Shown here one piece after another: positions 14,101-35,579 of a stretch of DNA of 64,000 bases. Each line of letters opens with the position of its first letter. Position 1 is the stretch's first letter. The stretch comes from the human T2T-CHM13v2.0 reference genome, Homo sapiens. The stretch lies in assembly GCF_009914755.1 (NCBI RefSeq), contig NC_060932.1. The stretch is one strand, 5' to 3'. The notes beneath the pieces are model-generated. The model searched no databases, was not told where the DNA came from, and worked only from the letters and a program-made list of their open reading frames with translations. A program made the position numbers and the translations under genes.

Positions 14101-16883
14101 GCACATGCATGCTGCCCACCAGCTCCCCCAAAGCAGGCCAGCACATGGGCTGAGGGGTCATGGCCTCTTGCCTAGGGAGACAGAAGGGGTCAGTGGGCTC
14201 TCCTACTCTACCCCATCCAGCCCCCAGCCTGAGCAGGAGGCCTGGGGCAGGGAGCAGGGCTGGGGGCAGGACAGGCGGGAGAGCAGAGGTGGACGTACCT
14301 GCGTGAGTGCACGGATGGGCCGGCACATGGCCTCGTTGGCCACGCGCACGAACCCCATGGCCACCTCCTCCAGGCTCAGCGGGGAGGCCGGGCAGGGCCC
14401 GTTGGTCAGGAAGCTGTTGACCTCAGTGGCCACAGCCTCCAGGGCTTTGCGGGAGGCCTCAGGGGAAAGTGGTTGGTTCTCTCCCGGCCCAAAAATGCAG
14501 GGGAAGGAGGCAGGCAGCAGGCGACCCAGGACCAGATTAGCATCCGTCACTGTCACAGGGCCCCCTGGGAGGTGGACAGGGTGTGGGGCTTGGGGGCTGG
14601 AGGCAGGGGAGCAGGAGTAGGCAGCAGGGATAGGGCTGACAGGAGGGGCTGGGCCTGCGGCGGCAAGCGGAGGGCAAGGCCAGGCCGGCCAGATCCTGAC
14701 TCTTACCTTTGCGGTAGCAGGCGGGTCCTGGGTGGGCTCCTGCTGACTCGGGCCCAACCACAAAGAGGCCAGACCTAGGGGAAGGAAGGGCTGGGGTTGG
14801 AGTTGGACACGAGGAGGGAGACAGGGCTGGGGTCCCAGCCTGGGAAGCAGGAGAGCTGACCTGAAGAAGAGGCGGGAACCCCCTCCCGCTGCCACGGTGT
14901 TGATGTCCAGCTGCGGGGCCTGGAGGGTGACGCCAGCTGTGCTGGCCTCGAAGACGTGCTCGAATTCCCCAGCATAGCGGCTCACATCCGTGGACGTGCC
15001 TGGCAGGGGTGGGGTGCTGGTGGGTCACTTGAAGACCCAGGGGCCCAGCAGCTGAGCCTCCCCGAGACCCCAGCCCTCGGCCCTCATACCTCCCATGTCA
15101 AAGCCGATGACAGGCTGGCCACCCTCCTGCTGGTAGGTGGTGGCTGAGTAGCCCACCACGCCGCCGGCCGGGCCCGAGAGCACAGCACTGGAGCCGCTGA
15201 AGGTGTCCATGGGCGCCAGGCCGCCATCGGAGCGCATGAACAACACCTGCACATCCTGCGAGCGGGCAGCAGGCGGGCCATGAGGGGCAGGCCAAGGCCC
15301 AGGCCCAGGCCCAGGAGTGGGCAGTGGGGGTGCCTCACAGCCTCACCTTGAGTTGGCCCTGGAAGCCACGGCAGAAGCCCTGCACGTAGCGCTGGATGGC
15401 GGGCGTGAGGTAGGCGTCGGCACAGGCCGTGTGCCCCCGAGGGACGATGCGCACCATGGGCATGGCCTCCGAGGACAGTGACACGTGCGTGAAGCCCAGC
15501 TCCCGGGCCAGCACACCCACCTGCTGCTCATGCTGGGCCCACCTATGACAAAAACCCAGTGGCACCTCGTCTCCCACCAGGCCCGGCACCTGCTCCCGCA
15601 GCCCACAGCCCCACCTCACTCACGTGTACGAGTGCATGAGCACCACAGCCAGGCTGCGGATGCCTCGAGATAGCAGCCCCTCCAGCTTCCCACGCAGGGC
15701 CCCCAGGTCCACAGGCTGCTGCACTTCCAGCAGGTCCCCCGTGCGGCCTTCCAGAAAAGCCCAGGAGGCCCCGTTAAAGGCCAGCAGGACCCTCCGGCCC
15801 CAAATCCCACAGCAGCGGCGGCACACACACCTTTCACAGGCGTCCCGGTGCCCGCCTCTCCACGGTGCAGCACCACGCGTTCGTCCACCTCCAGCACCTC
15901 TTCATACAGCACCTCAGGCATGGGCACGGCCTGGGGGCGGGCAGAGACTCAGAAGAGGCCCAGGCCTGAGGGTCCAGGCCGGGGTCCTGTGTGAGTGGGT
16001 GGTACAGGTGAGTGGCTGTGTCCCAACAGGCCGGTCGGCAGGCCCAGGAGAGTCATACCTGGCAGCCCCAGCAAGGCTCACCAAGGGGGCAGCTCTCCAC
16101 CCCCTAGGCAGCTGAGTGCAGCCAACTGCTCCACCCCCACGAAGGCAGCTTCTTCCGGAAACGCAGCAGTAGGTGCGGGGTTCCACCCCTCCTCTGCCTG
16201 AACAGGGTAGCTTGGGTGGCCCCACACCAGCATCCAGGGTGGGCATGGCGGCAGGCAGGAACAGGGCATCCTGTGCCCACTCCGAGGGCTAGGAGAACTT
16301 GGGGTCCCACTGGGAATTCGGGAGCTTCCTCTTTGTCGGCTGGTGCCCATGAGCCATCACTAATCCAACAACTGCTCTCCCCACAGGGTCAAGGCATCCC
16401 TGGGGGGTGTACACCACACAGCCTGGTCCCCAGCCAACATGGAGCTCACCAGGTCAAAGAGGTCCCCACGGGCTTGGGTGCCAATGTGCAGCAGGTCTCG
16501 GAAGCCACGTGTCACCAGCAGCGCCACCCGCTCCCCCTTCCGCTCCAGCAGTGCGTTGGTGGCCACTGTGGTGCCCATGCGGATGCTGGCGATATGACTG
16601 GAGTCCAGCGGCTGGTCCCGGGGCAGGAGCATGCCGGCCTCCTGGGGACCACGTGGTCAGTGTGGGGCTTCTGGCCGTGGGGTCCCTGTCCACCCGCTCC
16701 GCCCTGGCCCACCTGCTCCAGGATGCGGCGGATGCCTTCGGTTGGCGCGTCCGCATAGTTGGCAGGGTCCTCTGAGAGCAGTTTTAAGACCCGCACGTGC
16801 CCCCCTGGGCACTGGGCAAAGACGTCTGTGAAGGTACCCCCACGGTCGATGGCAAAGTGGAAGCGGCCCTCGGGGCTGCCCAT
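8176..16883 (-). CDS. OPLAH: 5-oxoprolinase (ATP-hydrolysing), 1288 aa, 26 coding exons: 16883-16713, 16641-16450, 15930-15831, 15747-15624, 15542-15347, 15255-15090, 14999-14861, 14774-14707, 14564-14299, 14171-14059, 13969-13799, 13606-13469, 13374-13236, 13110-12998, 12790-12639, 12040-11880, 11764-11663, 11586-11412, 10244-10060, 9980-9834, 9751-9617, 9449-9300, 9177-9020, 8927-8767, 8677-8580, 8322-8176
   Basis: Starts [20 protein letters not shown]; motifs [49 protein letters not shown]. All introns GT-AG; exons sum to 3867 nt. Confidence 0.98.
14172..14231 (-). ncRNA. MIR6846: 5'-tailed mirtron hairpin ending at the acceptor of OPLAH exon 14171-14059
   Basis: Arms UGGGGGCUGGAUGGGGUAGAGU and UGACCCCUUCUGUCUCCCUAG, ending at the splice AG; match recalled miR-6846-5p/3p. 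Confidence 0.8.
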
Positions 16884-16949
16884 GGTGGTGGGGCTGGAGT
16901 CCCACAGGAGCTCTTCAGCTGGTAGCCCTGGAAAAACTGGACGGAGGCG

Positions 16950-17800
16950 GGGTCAGCCCGGGCTCACCTGCGAGTGGGACTAGAGGCTCCCCAGCCCTGC
17001 GCATGCGGGGGGTTCCTGAGGGAGAGACCCACGGGCACGACTCTGGGAAGAGCCAGAGCCGCAGGCCCAGCTCCGAGGGCAGCCTGGGCCCGAGCGAGAG
17101 CCTGGCCGGCGGTCAGCGGCCTGATGCCCCCATGCCCAGCATCGCGCTTCTCCGGGCCCTGGACTGGGCCGAAACCCAGGCAGCGGAGCAGGCACGGGAG
17201 GTGGGGACGCCGCTGGACCCTGGAGCCCTCGGGCGGGGTCCCTCAGCACGAAAGAGGCACGGGAGTGCGGGGAGGGGGTTTGGGGCGAGCTGGCCGGGGG
17301 ACCCCACTTCCCGCTTTGCTCGACCTTCGACCCAAGCCTGGCGGGCCCCGGGACAGGACGGAGCCTGAGCACCGACGGGGCGACCCGAGGCGGGGACGCG
17401 TGAGGAGCGGCCCGGGAGGCAGCGGGGAAGGGGCCGCGGAGGGGAAGCCCGGGAGGCAGCGGGGAAGGGCCGCGGAGGGGAGGCCGCCCGGCGCAGGCCC
17501 CACCTGGCGCTCGGCTCCGGCTCGGTCGCTCGCGGTCGGCTCTGCCTGCGCTCCCGGCGGCCCTGCCCGCACCAGCCTCGCCTCGGGGAGGAGCCTACAG
17601 GGCCCGCCCCCCGCGCCACTGGTCCCGGCACTCGCGGTTACATCAGGCCGGGCCCGCCCCCCGCGCCTCCGTCCTCGCCCTGCGCTTCCCCGGGCCACGG
17701 GCGCAGGATCAAGGGCACCTTGGCTCTGCGGCCCTCGGGTCTCCGGCGCCGGGCCTGGGCTCGCCTAGCGTGGGCGCCCCAGGATCCCACCTCCAGGTGT
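16950..17800 (-). promoter_or_regulatory. OPLAH: OPLAH CpG-island promoter and non-coding exon 1 (donor CAG|GTGGGG; exon ends at 17504)
   Basis: CpG-rich with GC boxes (ccgccc) near 17604 and 17654; 37-bp direct repeat at 17411/17448 in intron 1. Confidence 0.8.
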
Positions 17801-18008
17801 CCTGGGCAAGGGGAGCTGGCAGCCCAGGCCACAACAGGGCTTCCCACTGGCGGACGTCCTTCCCCGTGGAGGGGGCGTTGAAGGACAGAGAGGAGAGGGG
17901 AGGCCCTGCGGCCTTCTCTACCAGCCCCAGCTCCCGGCCCCGTGGGCCTCTCCTGTGCGGTATCTCTGGCCTTCTTCACCGGGTCTCCCTCATCTCCAGC
18001 CCTCCTTG

Positions 18009-19057
<1,049 letters not shown>

Positions 19058-20550
19058 TTTGTGCCAAGGGCAGTGGACTCCAGCTCCCCATAGACAGGGA
19101 TGGGGCCCAGGATCAGGCACTTAGGAACCCCTCCCCATGGATGGGCTGCTGCTCATGTCCAGATGACTGCCCTGTAAGTGGCACGTGCCTGCTGTGATGC
19201 CACCCCCAGACCCCATGCCCATGGACCTCCTAGTGCCTTCCCATCCTGAGGCCCAGCTGAGGCCCCAGATGATCATGCCACGCCCACATGCAGGAGCCCC
19301 ACCTGCCTGCTCTGAGCAGTCCGTGGGAAGCAGCTCTGGTCAGCAACCCCACTTCAGCCGAGGACCTTCCCCACCAGCCATACAGCCTCTGCCTGGCCAG
19401 CCCACACTCCTGCGGGACTGCCCTGCCTTCTGGTTTCCACCCATCCCCAGCACAGCCTCTTGGTCCTGCCTGTCAGCCCAGGATCTATCAGGAGAGATTC
19501 CCACACCCCACCCACCCACACCCCCACCATCTGCTGCCCTGTACGCACTCAGGCTGCCCGCCAGGCCTGTGCTGTAGACCCCAAACTCTCTCACTGCCCT
19601 CCACCATCCCCAGCCACCCCCTCGCCTCTCTGTTCACTCCAGGGGCCTGTGCTATCCACTCACAGACGAAACCTCTAAGGGCCTGTCCCCACGCTCCCTA
19701 GCGGCATCCCACTGCCGTGCACCTCCAGGTGTCCACCTCCCCCACCTCCGCCTGCCTCCTGGGCTCTCCTGACCCCACTCCACTGCGCGTCTCGGGGGCA
19801 GACCAACAAAAGCCAACCCCCACCCACCCAGGCTCAGGCCTCCCTTGGCTGCCCCACCTGCCTCCTACCCCACTGGGCCTTTATCTCTGTCCCTCCATGT
19901 TGCTGGGTCCCAGCTTCCCCTTGGCAATGCCACGCAGCCCCTCCACAGCAACCAGAGGCAGCTCCAGGCCTGCGGGATGGCCCGGCCCCTACTCTCTAGT
20001 GGCGCCTCTGACTGCATGGCCAGACACGTCCCAAAACCAAGCCCCAGGCCACCTACCAGTGGCCCACTCCAGCAGCGGCTCCCCCACCCAGCGAGCTGCC
20101 CCAGCCCCATTCTCATCCCCACACGCAATCTGCCAGAAGTCCTGTTACTTTCACCTTCAGAACACAGAGCTGCTACTTCTCACACCTCCACCCCGGCCAG
20201 GCTTCCATCACGTTCCCCCAGGGATATGGCTGTCCCCACCACCAGAGAGCGCAGGGCTGGGAGGACAGAGTCTGCCGTTGCAGTGACTCTGACAGCTTCA
20301 GGCACAGACAACTTGCACCCACCTCAGGGCCTGGCACAGGCTGTTCCCTGGGCCTGGAAAGCCGCGCCCCAGCCTGGCAGCTCCCTCGCCCGCTCAGGCT
20401 CTGCTCAGAGGTCACTTTCCCAGACCTGGCACCTTCTCCCCGCCGCACATCCTGGAAGAGCCCCAGGGCCCTGGCTTTGCTCCAGAGGCACCGCAGCACC
20501 CAGCGGGTTTGCCCAACTCCACAGAGTCTTGGGGCCCCGGTACGGCTCAC

Positions 20551-20785
20551 CTCTCTCAGCATTCTTGAATTTGATCGTTCTCCGCCTGGGTAGCCAGGGA
20601 CTGGCAGCCACCTCAGCCAGGAACCCGGAGCTGCAGAAGCCCAGGCTGCTGCCGCGGTTCCTGAGCACCAGCTTCAGCTCCTGGTTCTCCTGGATGAGCT
20701 GCACCAGCCGCCGCAGCTCTTCGTTCTCCTGTGCCAGCCGCTGGATCTCCTGCCGCAGGCCCTCATAGCTGCTGAGGAGGGACAT
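20551..20785 (-). CDS. Speriolin-N-like coiled-coil exon (78 aa, phase-1 donor); candidate alternative first coding exon of OPLAH
   Basis: MSLLSSYEGLRQEIQRLAQENEELRRLVQLIQENQELK resembles the recalled SPATC1 N-terminus; donor GAG|GTGAGC at 20551/20550; in frame with OPLAH exon 2. Confidence 0.7.
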
Positions 20786-20854
20786 GCCTGGCAGCCAGCG
20801 GCGGCAGCTGGCGGGGGCCAGCAGGCCGGCCAGGGACAGCAGACCCTGCTATTG

Positions 20855-20862
20855 TGAGGTCA
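20855..20862. promoter_or_regulatory. CRE-like element TGAGGTCA (TGACCTCA on minus) 70 nt upstream of the speriolin-like ATG
   Basis: attgTGAGGTCAgc; same CRE variant as in the testis ACE promoter. Confidence 0.4.
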
Positions 20863-21663
20863 GCAGCTGCCCCTGCCCCCTCGCCTCAGCCGCATTCCGG
20901 GCCTTCAGGGTCAGGACCCAGCTGTTCCAACCACCCCGTGGCAGAGGTGGCCTGACCTCTGACCTCCAGCCCCCTGAGGGCCAAATGGCCAGTGGGTGCC
21001 CAGAACTGTCCCAGGTCTCTGGCTCACTCCAGGAATCCTCCTCCTAGAAGATGGAAGCTTCTTTGACCCGGCCAAGCCCAGGTGTGTCGTGGGGGAAGGG
21101 ATATGGGATGCAGGCTTCCGCACCCACCCGTCTGACAGCCCACTGGCCACCAGCCACAGCCTCCAGGCCTGGCCATGCCAGGACATAGTTTTAGGCAACC
21201 AGGTGTGGTATGTCGGCAGTCACGGTTGGCACAGCTTCTGAAGGGATCAGGAAGGGTGGGTGCGTGGCTGCCCTGCAGGATGGGGCCCAGCAACAGCAGG
21301 AGCTGGACAGCAGCAACCAGGGCAGGCCAGGGCTACAGGGGCAGAGCCAGCCGAGAGCACGCTAGGACAGCATGGGAGGGGGCTGCAGGCCAAGGGATGC
21401 ACCAGGCAGTGCTAGAGCCACCACAAGGGAGGCTGGGCCTGTTTCTGGGGGCACAGGGCCTTGGCATTGTCACATGGAGGTTGCAGCGAGCAGGCAGGTG
21501 CCCTGGAAGAGGCACCACATCTGGGCCATAACCTCAAGGAAGGGGATGGGCCAGGCGGCCCACCAGAGGCTGAGGACCAGGACCTAAAGACACACCTCCC
21601 CAGGGACAGGAGAGCCACCCTCACCCTCAGTGGTGACAGTGGTTTGCATTTTAGATCACATAA

Positions 21664-23979
<2,316 letters not shown>

Positions 23980-24029
23980 TCAACTTTCAACTCACACACT
24001 CCGAAAGCCAGAGGGTAAAGCGTGATAGG

Positions 24030-24570
24030 CAGAATTCTCAGAAGGCTTCCAGGATTTCCTGCTGTACATGCCGTGCATAATCCCCAGGACTGTGAATAAG
24101 ATGGACTTTACTCCCATGATTAGGTTATGTTTTTTGACACTGCTGGGGGATAAAGGAGATGGTTTTGGGTGAGCCTAACCTAATCACGTGATCCTTCCAA
24201 AGGATGGGTCTCTTTCCAGTGGAAAGAACTCAAAGCATGAAAGAGATTCCACACAGGGGAGAGTCTCCACTGCTGGGGGAGTCTCAGAGCAAGGAATGTG
24301 GGCAGCTTCCAGGAGTTGACATATCATGGTAAAAATACTGGAAAGCAAAGACAAAGAGAAAGCTTTGAAAGTTAACAAGATAAAAAAATGATTCATCACA
24401 TATAAGAGAACCCCAAATAAGATGAACACCTGACTCCTCAGAAGAAGCAGTGGAGACCAGAAGACTCAAAGTCAGAAAAACACTGTCAAGCAAGAATCCG
24501 ATATTTAGGAAAACCACTTTTGAAAATGAAGGTGAAATAAAGACAGTTCAAGATGAACAAAGATAGAAAA
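24030..24570 (+). mobile_element. MLT1-type MaLR LTR fragment followed by an old L1 fragment
   Basis: ctcccatgattaggttatg...cctaatcacgtga resembles MLT1; the A-rich segment after it resembles L1 ORF1. Confidence 0.5.
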
Positions 24571-24697
24571 TGTGTTGGCCGGGCACAGTGGCACACGCCT
24601 GTCATCCTGGCACTTTGGGAGGCTGAGGCGGATGGATCACCTGAGGTCAGGAGTTCGAGACCAGCCTGACTAACATGGTGAAACCCCATCTCTACTA

Positions 24698-25261
<564 letters not shown>

Positions 25262-26089
25262 CCACCACCATGGCTGCCACTTTAGACGAACACGCTGCCC
25301 TGGCCCTTGGGAGGCAAGTCCAGTTCTCATGCTGTGGAATCTGACTGGCCTGTGCGGGAAGAGTGTGGGGAAGTGATGCTCTGTGTTCTCCGGGCCTCCA
25401 CCTGAGACCCCACACAGGGCAGGACGCCCAGTGGGCTGTGTAGCCCTCTCACTTTGGAAATTGACCAAGGGGCATACAGCAAAGCAAGAAGCATTTATTC
25501 AAGAAGATCTACTAAGTCTTGATCAGAACAGGGGGAATCTGTGGTGCTTGAGCTCAGCCTGCTTCCCCCGGTCCCTGGCTCCATCATAAAAGCTCTACTC
25601 CAGGAGGTGCAGCTGAGGACACGGGTTCCTTCCTCCCAGCTCCTGGCTGCAAGGCAGAGGCACCACATAGGGAGGGACACGCCGAGAAGACGAGGCCTCC
25701 CGTCCCCCAACACCTGCCACAGCACAGGGGTCTCACTCCGGGAGAAGCAGGCCACCACGCCCACCCCCAGGTCCACAGATGCTGCCCCAGTGAGACGCGG
25801 TGGCAGGGCTGGCTGCTGCATGGGGCTGCCTTCCTTAGGAAGCACAGTGTGGGAAAGTCACGCCTAAGGTGCGTGGCAGGCTGTGGGAAGCTCAGTGGAG
25901 AGCAATTAGGAAAAAGCGGACAGCTGTGTGAAACTGATAGCAGCAAATGAAATGGCAGGCCAGCCTGGAGTGTAGCTGAAAACCAGGGACAGAGACAACA
26001 AAGAAAGGATCCTGCAGATACTGCATCCACCCCTGGGAGTCCAGAAGCCTCTGCACCGGTGCCAGGCTGCACCCAGGCTGAGTGGTTGG

Positions 26090-26570
26090 GTGTGCTGGCT
26101 GTCTATTGCTGCCCTCACAAATCACCACAGACTTGCAGGTTTAAAACAACAGAAACTTACTATCTTACAGTCCCGGAGACCAAAAGTCCAAGATGAGTCT
26201 TATGGGGCTAAAATCAAGGCTTTTACAGGGATGGTTCCTTCTGGAGGTTCCAGAGGAAAGCAGGTGCCCTGCCTCTTCCAGTTCCTGGTGTGTGCCGGGA
26301 CTGCTTGGCTTGCAGCCACATCACTCTGATCTCTACCCAGGTGGTCCCACAGCCTTCTCTTCTCCTGTAGTCAAATCTCCCTCCATTTCCCTCCTAAAGG
26401 ACGCTTGGAATGACATTCAGGGCCCACTGGGTCACCCGGGATCGCCTCCCCGCCTCAGCCTCCTTAACTGCATCTCATCTGCAAAGTCTTTTTTGCCAAA
26501 TGAGGTACATTCATAGGCTTCAGTGATTCGGGCCTGAGTGTCTTTGGGGTTGTTATTTAGCCACCACGCT
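26090..26570 (-). mobile_element. MLT1-type MaLR LTR
   Basis: aaatcaccacagactt...ttaaaacaacagaaacttactatcttacagt...atctgcaaagtc, typical of an antisense MLT1. Confidence 0.7.
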
Positions 26571-27099
26571 TGCTGAATGCGGAGCAGATTGGAAAGCTTT
26601 CCAACCACACACACATCCATCAGCAAAGGATGGAGCTGCTTTATCCCACCGAACCCCAGGCTGGAATCACCCCAAAAACAGCAGCATGGGGGTTCCCCCA
26701 AGGGAGTGCCCCAAACTGTCACAAGATTGAGCCTATTGGGTTTCCAAAGAAAGAAGCACTAAACGCCAGGGTGACTAGTCCAGAGCATTAATTAGGGGAA
26801 CTCAGGGACAGAGAGCTGCAGCAGTCCTTGAAACAAGGAGAAAAAAGGGCTGTTCCGCCCGGGCGTGCCCAAAGCAAGGTGGCCGGGGAACGGAGTTTAT
26901 GTGTGGGTTTAAGGCATTTGGCTCAGGGCCGGGCCAGTTTCTTTCTAGTAAACCCAGATCCTTTATTAGTGCCTGGGAAAGTTCAAGGTCCCGGTGTGGG
27001 TTCAAACCTGCTGGAAAAAAACTGCAGCTGTTGAGTCACAGAATGGTCAAGGCCCTCTGATTTTTGGTCAGGACACAGAAGGAAACTGGGAGAAGCTTG

Positions 27100-27746
<647 letters not shown>

Positions 27747-28008
27747 TTAAATACAACCTTTGACCAATTGGTGGTGAGCGCTAAACTAGGCTGACCCAGG
27801 CGTGATTTCTAGGAAGCCAGAAGTTCTTAAAAATAAGGAGGGAGGAGCGGAGCAGAGACAGAAGCTACACACTGTGGGGCAAACAGACACATGGAATTGG
27901 CCCAGGCAAACCACTAAACAACATGAAAAAACAGCAGCAAAATCACAAGGGCCATCGGCCAATCCTAACCCAAAGTTGATGTGATATACGCTCTAAAGTG
28001 TCCAGTTT

Positions 28009-28195
28009 CCTTTCTCCCTCCCCTCCCCCTCCCCTCCCCCTTCCCCTCTCCTCCCCTCCCCTCTCCCCTCCCCTCCCCCCTCCCCTCCCCCTTCCCCTCC
28101 CCCCTCCCCTCTCCCCTCCCCTCTCCCCTCCCCTCCTCCGCTCCCCTCTCCTCCCCTCCGCTCCCCTCTCCTCCCCTCTCCTCTCCTTTCCTTTC
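28009..28195. repeat. (CCCCT)n/(CTCCC)n polypyrimidine tract forming the tail of an antisense Alu (about 28196-28445)
   Basis: About 185 bp almost pure C/T; TSD ctaaagtgtccagttt at 27993-28008 and 28446-28461 brackets tract plus Alu. Confidence 0.9.
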
Positions 28196-28489
28196 TGATG
28201 GAGTCTCACTCTGTCTCCCAGGCTGGAGTGCAGTGTCCCACTTCTCCCGCCTCAGCCTCCCAAGTAGCTGGGATTATAGGCATGCGCCTGGGATTACAGG
28301 TGCGTGCCACCACACGTGGCTAATTTTTTGTATTTTTAGTACAGACAGGGTTTCACCATGTTGACCAGGCTGATCTCGAACTCCTGACCTCCCGCCTTGG
28401 CCTCCTAAAGTGCTGGGATTACAGGCATGAGCCACTTCACCCAGCCTAAAGTGTCCAGTTTTCTACAAAAATGATGAGACATGCAAAGA

Positions 28490-30737
<2,248 letters not shown>

Positions 30738-30939
30738 CTACTGTGTGGCAATGAGCTCATGTTCCTGGGACTCACTGTCTCCCAAACCCTTGTCAGCCCA
30801 ACGGAATAGTGGCACAGTCTGCTGAAGGCCCTGCCCCACTGCCTGCTGGATGTCAGCCCCTTCCAGGGAGGGGCACTTCTGCTGGGATACGGCCTGTGCT
30901 GCTGTAAGGAGTTGGCGCTCGAGAAACAGGCTCACCAGG

Positions 30940-33320
<2,381 letters not shown>

Positions 33321-33659
33321 CATGTGTGTACCCTAAAGCTGGAGTACGAGGGTCAGAGAACCAAAGGTGTGAGGTAGGAGTGGCCCCATAATCCTAAACC
33401 TGTAATGCTGCCAGGTTGGAGGCCTGGTTCCTGAAGATGAATACTTCCACCAGGGAACACAGCAAAGGTTCCACTGATCTTGAAGTAGCGGCTATCACTG
33501 GCCCACTTTGGACACCTTAGGCTGAAGACCAACATCGTCCTCATTGTCCTGAGTTGCTACGGTCAATGCTACACAACTGGGGTGGGCAGTCCACAGAGCT
33601 CCCTGGGCGTCTAGTCTTCCCGCATGCGGCAAGGACTGTCAGTGGACAACCCAGTAATG

Positions 33660-34910
<1,251 letters not shown>

Positions 34911-35295
34911 ACATACAACCCCTCTCTGGAAAGGATGAGGAAATCTGCATCCTCAAAGGGAAAAGGGAGGCCCACCTGACTGCAGTGTGGAAGCTCGGTG
35001 TAAAGGGAGGGCATGAGAGGACTGGAGAGGTGCCAGGTGTGGACCATCCTGGGACACCAGCCTGGTCACTTTCCTAGGACCGCTCAATGCCTTCTCCTGT
35101 CAGTGTCGCACCCCACTGGGTTCATCCTTCCACTTTCACACTTGGGGCGCGGGGAAGGGCTGAATGCAGGCACCACTGGTCACGAGGGCGTGACTGGGCA
35201 ATTCCTCCTTCGGCGGGCGCCCACCTCCTGGCACCCGTGGCACAGCTCCGGGAACGGCTGCGGGCCCAGCCGCTGCTTCCCCGATAGCGCCGCCG

Positions 35296-35565
35296 CAGTT
35301 CCCCGGAGACAGAAGTAGAGCCGGACCGCCGGAAACCGTAGATCCGGGGAGGTCGGGGCCGCGGTGAACTCCAGTTCACCAGGACAGGAAGTGACAGCGG
35401 AACGCCGGAAACCGCAGATCCACGGAGGTCAGGGCCGCGGAGAGCTGTAGTTCCCCGGAACCGGAAGTGATGGCGGACCTCCGGAAACCGTAGATTCCGG
35501 GCGGTCGGAGCCGCCGGGAGCTGTAGTTCTCCCGCGGCTCAGAGAAGTAGGCAGAGAGCGGACCT
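35296..35565 (+). repeat. EXOSC4: EXOSC4 promoter/5'UTR made of three 76-bp tandem units plus a partial fourth
   Basis: ccggaaaccg(t/c)agat recurs at 35329, 35405 and 35481; units carry ETS-like GGAAGTG and gagctgtagtt (ACTACA on minus) motifs. Confidence 0.85.
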
Positions 35566-35579
35566 GGCGGCCGGGCAGC

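Noticed and set aside
19100-19600. Possible speriolin-like second exon downstream of 20551
   Set aside because: Minus-strand frames after candidate acceptors show no similarity to SPATC1; OPLAH exon 2 is the better in-frame partner
19845-20768. 307-aa plus-strand ORF
   Set aside because: Non-ATG start, low-complexity, antisense to the speriolin-like exon, no recognisable domain; long ORFs are expected at this GC content
27943-28364. Pro/Ser- or Gly/Arg-rich ORFs
   Set aside because: Translation of the (CCCCT)n tract
35296-35565. CRISPR-like array suggested by recurring ccggaaaccg
   Set aside because: Whole 76-bp units are homologous with no unique spacers, in a eukaryotic promoter with no cas genes
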